Part shown: piece after piece, positions 60,171-64,000 of the stretch
Position numbering within the stretch: the first letter of the stretch is position 1
Layout of the letters: each line of letters begins with the position of its first letter
Source of the DNA: an uncultured virus (IMG/VR IMGVR_UViG_3300007539_010416)
Taxonomy: Duplodnaviria; Heunggongvirae; Uroviricota; Caudoviricetes
Strand: one strand, 5' to 3'
Virus record (IMG/VR): IMGVR_UViG_3300007539_010416
DNA: 64,000 bases
Position numbers and translations under genes: made by a program
The notes under the pieces: generated by a model
Told to the model about the DNA's origin: nothing
Databases searched by the model: none
The model's input: only the letters and a program-made list of their open reading frames with translations

Positions 60171-61332
60171 TTGCTTTACCTCCAAACAATTTTGTAAATT
60201 GGGGCCATATATCTTCTTTTTCTGTTATTTTAATTAATTTAAATTTATCACACTCAAGAGGTGTAAAGACTTCTGTCATTTCTTGTCCGTAGATATGATC
60301 TCCGGCTGGATTTACCTGAATATAAGCAGACATTTGCGAGAGACCAATTACTTTCTTCATTGCGTCTATTGCTTTAGGATTATCTTCACGCCAGTTTTCT
60401 CCATCACTGCAATGGAAACTGTAAATGTTCCAAGCACTGGGAGAATACCTCTTTTCAACAATTTCTAATTCTTTTGTTAGACCTGAAGATATGTAAGTTC
60501 CTCCGGTAGACGCCTTTTTAAAGAAATCATCTTCAGAGACTTCTTTTCCTTCTGTCGTATGTGATATAAAAACTAGATCAACAGTATCGTATTTGTATCT
60601 GATAAACTGATAGAGTAAGAAAAAGAAAGATCTTGCTAAAAACTTTTTAGCTTTACTCATTGAACCAGACACATCCATGATAAAGAAAATCACTGCGTTT
60701 GTGATGGGCTTCTTTTTTACATCGATGTGTTTGTATTTTAAATCATCGGCGTGAAATGGAAATCTTTCACCACTTTCCCGATCATATGTTCCGTTTTTCT
60801 CAGATTTCTTTTGTCTTCTAATTTTATTTTTAAGAGTTTCTTTCTTAGAAAGTCTAACTCTAATTCCTTGACTTCTATATCCTTTTCGCTTAATTCTTTC
60901 AGCGTATACTGAATCTGAGTGCTTTTTCTGCAAGTCTGGGAGATTGAGATCTTCAAATAAGTATTTGGCTAACTCATCTAAGGTTACTTCTACGTCGTAG
61001 TATTCTTCACCTTTTTCTTTGCTAGGTTCGCCTCCAGGTTGTCCAGCTTGCTGCTTGTCAGCTTTCTTTATAACCTGTCCTTTTTTAATATCTTTTCCCT
61101 GAGCTGATCCTACACCTTTCGATCCACTTCCTTGCCCATAAACAAATTTATACTGCTTGATTCCTCTAACAGGAATTCTAATTTTCTTTTTGCCGTCTTG
61201 CCCAATAATAGATTCCTCGGCTACAATATCGTGAATTCCTTCCTTTATAGCTTTTTCTATTTTTTTCTTATGACGTGCTCTATCAGATGCTGATCTATCA
61301 GCTATGGTTTTGTGTGTTCTAAATACTGACAT
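60163..61332 (-). CDS. yeaH: YeaH/YhbH (DUF444) vWA-domain protein
   Basis: DRARH, LFEDLNLP, MDVSGSM (MIDAS), GGTYISS, WNIY...SDGEN. Confidence 0.9.
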   Translation of the reverse strand: MSVFRTHKTIADRSASDRARHKKKIEKAIKEGIHDIVAEESIIGQDGKKKIRIPVRGIKQYKFVYGQGSGSKGVGSAQGKDIKKGQVIKKADKQQAGQPGGEPSKEKGEEYYDVEVTLDELAKYLFEDLNLPDLQKKHSDSVYAERIKRKGYRSQGIRVRLSKKETLKNKIRRQKKSEKNGTYDRESGERFPFHADDLKYKHIDVKKKPITNAVIFFIMDVSGSMSKAKKFLARSFFFLLYQFIRYKYDTVDLVFISHTTEGKEVSEDDFFKKASTGGTYISSGLTKELEIVEKRYSPSAWNIYSFHCSDGENWREDNPKAIDAMKKVIGLSQMSAYIQVNPAGDHIYGQEMTEVFTPLECDKFKLIKITEKEDIWPQFTKLFGGKANV

Positions 61333-61399
61333 TTTAATATCTCTTGCATAATTATATCTACAGTTAGATATATATTAAATAGTTATTTAGAGAAGAATT

Positions 61400-62134
61400 A
61401 TGAGATATAGAGATACCTTAAAAGAACTTGATAGAGATTTACAAATTATAGAAGAAAAATATTCTATAGAAGAGAAGAAAAAGTCTAATAAAAATAAGGG
61501 AATGAGAAGTGTCAAGTATGGTGCTGATAACAAACCTGCAGTAACAAAGATGGATTTTCTCCCCGCAAAAGTTCTCAAAAAAATCGCAAAAGATAAAGAA
61601 GAAAATGTAAATGAAGAAGAAGATGATTTAAATGAGAAAAAGGGAAGAAACAAGAGACCAGGAGATCCGAAATACTACAAAGGAACCAGACAATCAAACA
61701 AGTCTATGGAAAAAGAAATAAAAAAGTGTGCAAAAACTCCCAGACCAAAAAGCTGTTATGATTACTGGGATGCAGATAAAAAATATGATAAGTCAAAAAA
61801 TGAGTCTTTAGAAGAATTTAAATCTCTAATATTAGAAGTTATAGAAACTGAACTTGAAGAAAGAAAGAAGCGTAAAAAGAAAAAATCTTCAAAGCTCTCA
61901 GCAAAGACTAGAGAAACTCTAAAGAAAAAAGCTAAAAATGCAAACATGCCTTTGGGTGCTTTAACTGGTGTATATCGAAAGGGTTTGGCTGCTTGGCTTA
62001 CTGGGCACAGGCAGGGTGTCCCGCAGCATGCATGGGCCATGGCCCGTGTAAATTCTTTCATCCGAGGAGGCAAAACTAGATCAGTAGACAAGTCTGAGTG
62101 GAAGAAAGTTCAAAACTTTAGGAAGAAAAAGTGA
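61400..62134 (+). CDS. Basic modular protein with C-terminal DUF5824-like domain; possible internal head protein
   Basis: VYRKGLAAW.TGHR....HAWAMARVNSF; Lys-rich modules separated by acidic segments. Confidence 0.55.
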   Translation: MRYRDTLKELDRDLQIIEEKYSIEEKKKSNKNKGMRSVKYGADNKPAVTKMDFLPAKVLKKIAKDKEENVNEEEDDLNEKKGRNKRPGDPKYYKGTRQSNKSMEKEIKKCAKTPRPKSCYDYWDADKKYDKSKNESLEEFKSLILEVIETELEERKKRKKKKSSKLSAKTRETLKKKAKNANMPLGALTGVYRKGLAAWLTGHRQGVPQHAWAMARVNSFIRGGKTRSVDKSEWKKVQNFRKKK

Positions 62135-62421
62135 AAATAACACGTAGACAATTAAAACGTATCATTTTAGAAATGATGAATGAGTTGCAAGCTTCAGAAG
62201 AAGAAGTAGAAGCTGCAAAAAAAGAACTATCTGATGAAGGTGGAGCAGCTTCAAAAGAACAGGTGGCTCGAGCTGTAAGGAATGCTTCTAAAGAAGATAC
62301 TGACTCTGCAGATGATTCTGCTGTCATTTCAGCTATAATGGCAAAAGACGAAGATATTAAAATTCATAAAGACGGCGATGTTATTGATCAGTCAGGCTTG
62401 TCAGAGTCTAAAAAAAAATAA
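62131..62421 (+). CDS. Small acidic protein with MKITRRQLKRIILE leader; ends at an A9 run
   Basis: GTG start overlapping the previous stop; ends TCT AAA AAA AAA TAA. Confidence 0.6.
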   Translation: MKITRRQLKRIILEMMNELQASEEEVEAAKKELSDEGGAASKEQVARAVRNASKEDTDSADDSAVISAIMAKDEDIKIHKDGDVIDQSGLSESKKK

Positions 62422-62744
62422 TCGAAGCAGATCCTGCAAAAGGTACAGGTAAAAAACCAAAAGGCAGCGGGCGCAGACTTTATACAGATGAGAACCCAAA
62501 AGACACTGTTTCTGTAAAATTTAGAACAGCTTCAGATATTAGAAAAACTCTCTCTAAAAAGTCTTTTAAATCAAAGCCTCATAATAGACAGTCTCAAATT
62601 ATTAATTTAATTCATCAACGTGTTAGAGCGGCTTATAAAAATGCTAAAGACCCAGATACTAAAAAAAGGCTCAAAAGAGCCTTAGATTATGCTTTTGAGA
62701 GAAAAGAAGCTTCTAAGCGTAAGACTAAGAGGATGAAGAAGTAA
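62412..62744 (+). CDS. Basic ORF with no usable start codon, in the -1 frame (KKIIEADPAKGTGKKPKGSGRRLYTDENPKDTV...KRMKK); probable frameshift extension of 62131..62421
   Basis: Open from 62412 to TAA at 62742-62744; in-frame TAA at 62409-62411; only ATG is three codons from the end; fills an otherwise empty ~300 nt gap. Confidence 0.6.
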   Translation, partial: KKIIEADPAKGTGKKPKGSGRRLYTDENPKDTVSVKFRTASDIRKTLSKKSFKSKPHNRQSQIINLIHQRVRAAYKNAKDPDTKKRLKRALDYAFERKEASKRKTKRMKK

Positions 62745-63675
62745 TTCTATCTCTGTAGCTGATAAGTGCTAGCTCTTTTGCTTTTGCTTCAATGACCACG
62801 TCAAAATCTTTCCCATAGTCATTGATAGTATCATAAATGTAGTCACTGTGAGCATTTGCTTTCTTATTACTACCTTCTTTTTCAGAAGCTGACTCTGAAT
62901 AGTGGAAACAAGGTCTTACATCGCCCCAAGTTTCACATGCCATGGCATGACACTCTTCTTCAGACTCACCATCATTTCGAAATTTATGGTGACGATAGTC
63001 AAAGACAATTGGTACAGGAATTCGCTTGTAAATTCCATTATAAAGATCTGCAGTTGAAAAAAGACTTTCTTTGTCATCGTTTTCAACTGTAAGTCTTGTC
63101 TTTACGCTATCTGGTAGTCGATGAAAGTTTTCTACCCAGCGAGTCATTGCAGACTCACGATCTCCGTAAGAAGCTCCAATATGGATATTGATCTTAGCCC
63201 AGTGACTCCGAGGCATACCCATCAAGTCCATAATCTTTCCATGAATAGCTAGATCAACAATTGTGTTCTGAACTACATGCTCTTTGGTAGAAGTCAGAAT
63301 ATTGAAAGGGCCAGGATGGAAAGAAAGACGAATTCCTTTCTCAATTGCATAGTCTCCAGCAGTTTTTAAATTATGACTTATTTTTTCAAAATGGGGGAGA
63401 TCTTCAAGCATATATTCAGATGCCCATGGGAATAGGCAGGATGTCATTCTGAATACACGAATGTTATGCCTATGGTTCCATTCAAGAATAGGAAGAAGAT
63501 TCCCTGTATTCAATTCTGCCAGCTCTGAAGCATACTCTATGCCTTTTGCATCGAAAGTGCGGCGAATCATGGATCTATTGCAAGTAATTTTGTTCTTTTT
63601 GTCCTGCTGCAGTGTAAGATTAATACATGCATAGCCTAACTCAATTCCTTTCTTGTTTTCTGTAAAGTTTGTCAT
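62725..63675 (-). CDS. uvsE: UV DNA damage endonuclease (UvsE/UVDE)
   Basis: LGYACIN, FRMTS, RLSFHPG, INIHIG, LTVENDD, VFDYRHH, HYSES, AHSDY, IEAKAKE. Confidence 0.92.
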   Translation of the reverse strand: MTNFTENKKGIELGYACINLTLQQDKKNKITCNRSMIRRTFDAKGIEYASELAELNTGNLLPILEWNHRHNIRVFRMTSCLFPWASEYMLEDLPHFEKISHNLKTAGDYAIEKGIRLSFHPGPFNILTSTKEHVVQNTIVDLAIHGKIMDLMGMPRSHWAKINIHIGASYGDRESAMTRWVENFHRLPDSVKTRLTVENDDKESLFSTADLYNGIYKRIPVPIVFDYRHHKFRNDGESEEECHAMACETWGDVRPCFHYSESASEKEGSNKKANAHSDYIYDTINDYGKDFDVVIEAKAKELALISYRDRITSSSS

Positions 63676-63732
63676 TTTGCTTTTTTCTCCCATATTTACT
63701 ATTGATAGAGTGTTTTATTTGCAGGAGACATT

Positions 63733-64000
63733 ATGAAATTATTAAAAAATATTATCCCTGGCTTGATTATTATAATAATCCTTATTTTATTTTGCACTCA
63801 ATTACAAAATAATAAAGAACAACTAAGTCATACTGTTCAATTTAATAAACTTTATCAAACTTCACATACTCCTTACCCACTTCAAAATTTTGTATATTTA
63901 GACACTTACATGTCAATAACCAGTCTCGAAGGAGAAGGTTCAGGACAAGTAATTAATTCTGCTTCAGGAATTGCTGTCAGAGGCGTAAGAGGTAAAGTAT
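63733..64000 (+). CDS. Partial gene with N-terminal transmembrane/signal segment; possibly a trypsin-like protease
   Basis: AGGAG RBS; MKLLKNIIPGLIIIIILILF...; SASGIAV resembles the GSG strand before the trypsin catalytic His; truncated by the window edge. Confidence 0.4.
   Translation, partial: MKLLKNIIPGLIIIIILILFCTQLQNNKEQLSHTVQFNKLYQTSHTPYPLQNFVYLDTYMSITSLEGEGSGQVINSASGIAVRGVRGKV

Noticed and set aside
2666..63092. Short antisense or alternative-frame ORFs in the track (e.g. 4555..4794, 33582..33905, 49208..49582, 57935..58261, 61387..61653, 61762..62091)
   Set aside because: They lie inside or opposite well-supported genes and have no recognisable motifs; treated as shadow ORFs
1..64000. 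Stop-codon reassignment, which occurs in some large phages
   Set aside because: Code 11 gives full-length, abutting genes, and TAA, TAG and TGA all end genes at sensible positions

Overview
AT-rich, densely coding segment of a large tailed dsDNA phage, most likely a jumbo myovirus, read in the standard genetic code with almost all genes on the minus strand. From left to right: (1) a RuvC-like resolvase; (2) a ~29 kb baseplate and tail module (LamG-like proteins, gp7-like, gp6-like and gp25-like wedge proteins, gp5-like hub); (3) a phage sigma factor; (4) an ~18 kb glycan island with about eight glycosyltransferases (one GT29 sialyltransferase-like), UDP-glucose dehydrogenase, WbqC, PIG-L, methyltransferases and a CMP-keto-deoxy-acid module that has a DRE-TIM aldolase and no NeuB/KdsA; (5) tail-fibre-like genes; (6) PIN-PhoH, a stand-alone Cys-rich sigma region-4 protein, an Hc1 histone-like protein, a degenerate GroEL-like protein and a yeaH-spoVR-prkA cluster; (7) basic putative head proteins with a candidate -1 frameshift at an A9 run; (8) UvsE. 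The most interesting hypothesis is a phage-encoded virion glycosylation system: the glycan island is flanked by structural proteins strongly enriched in an [S/T]-G-S tripeptide that could be the acceptor sequon. No tRNA, rRNA, CRISPR array or mobile element was recognised. All calls come from motif recognition by eye, with no database searches.
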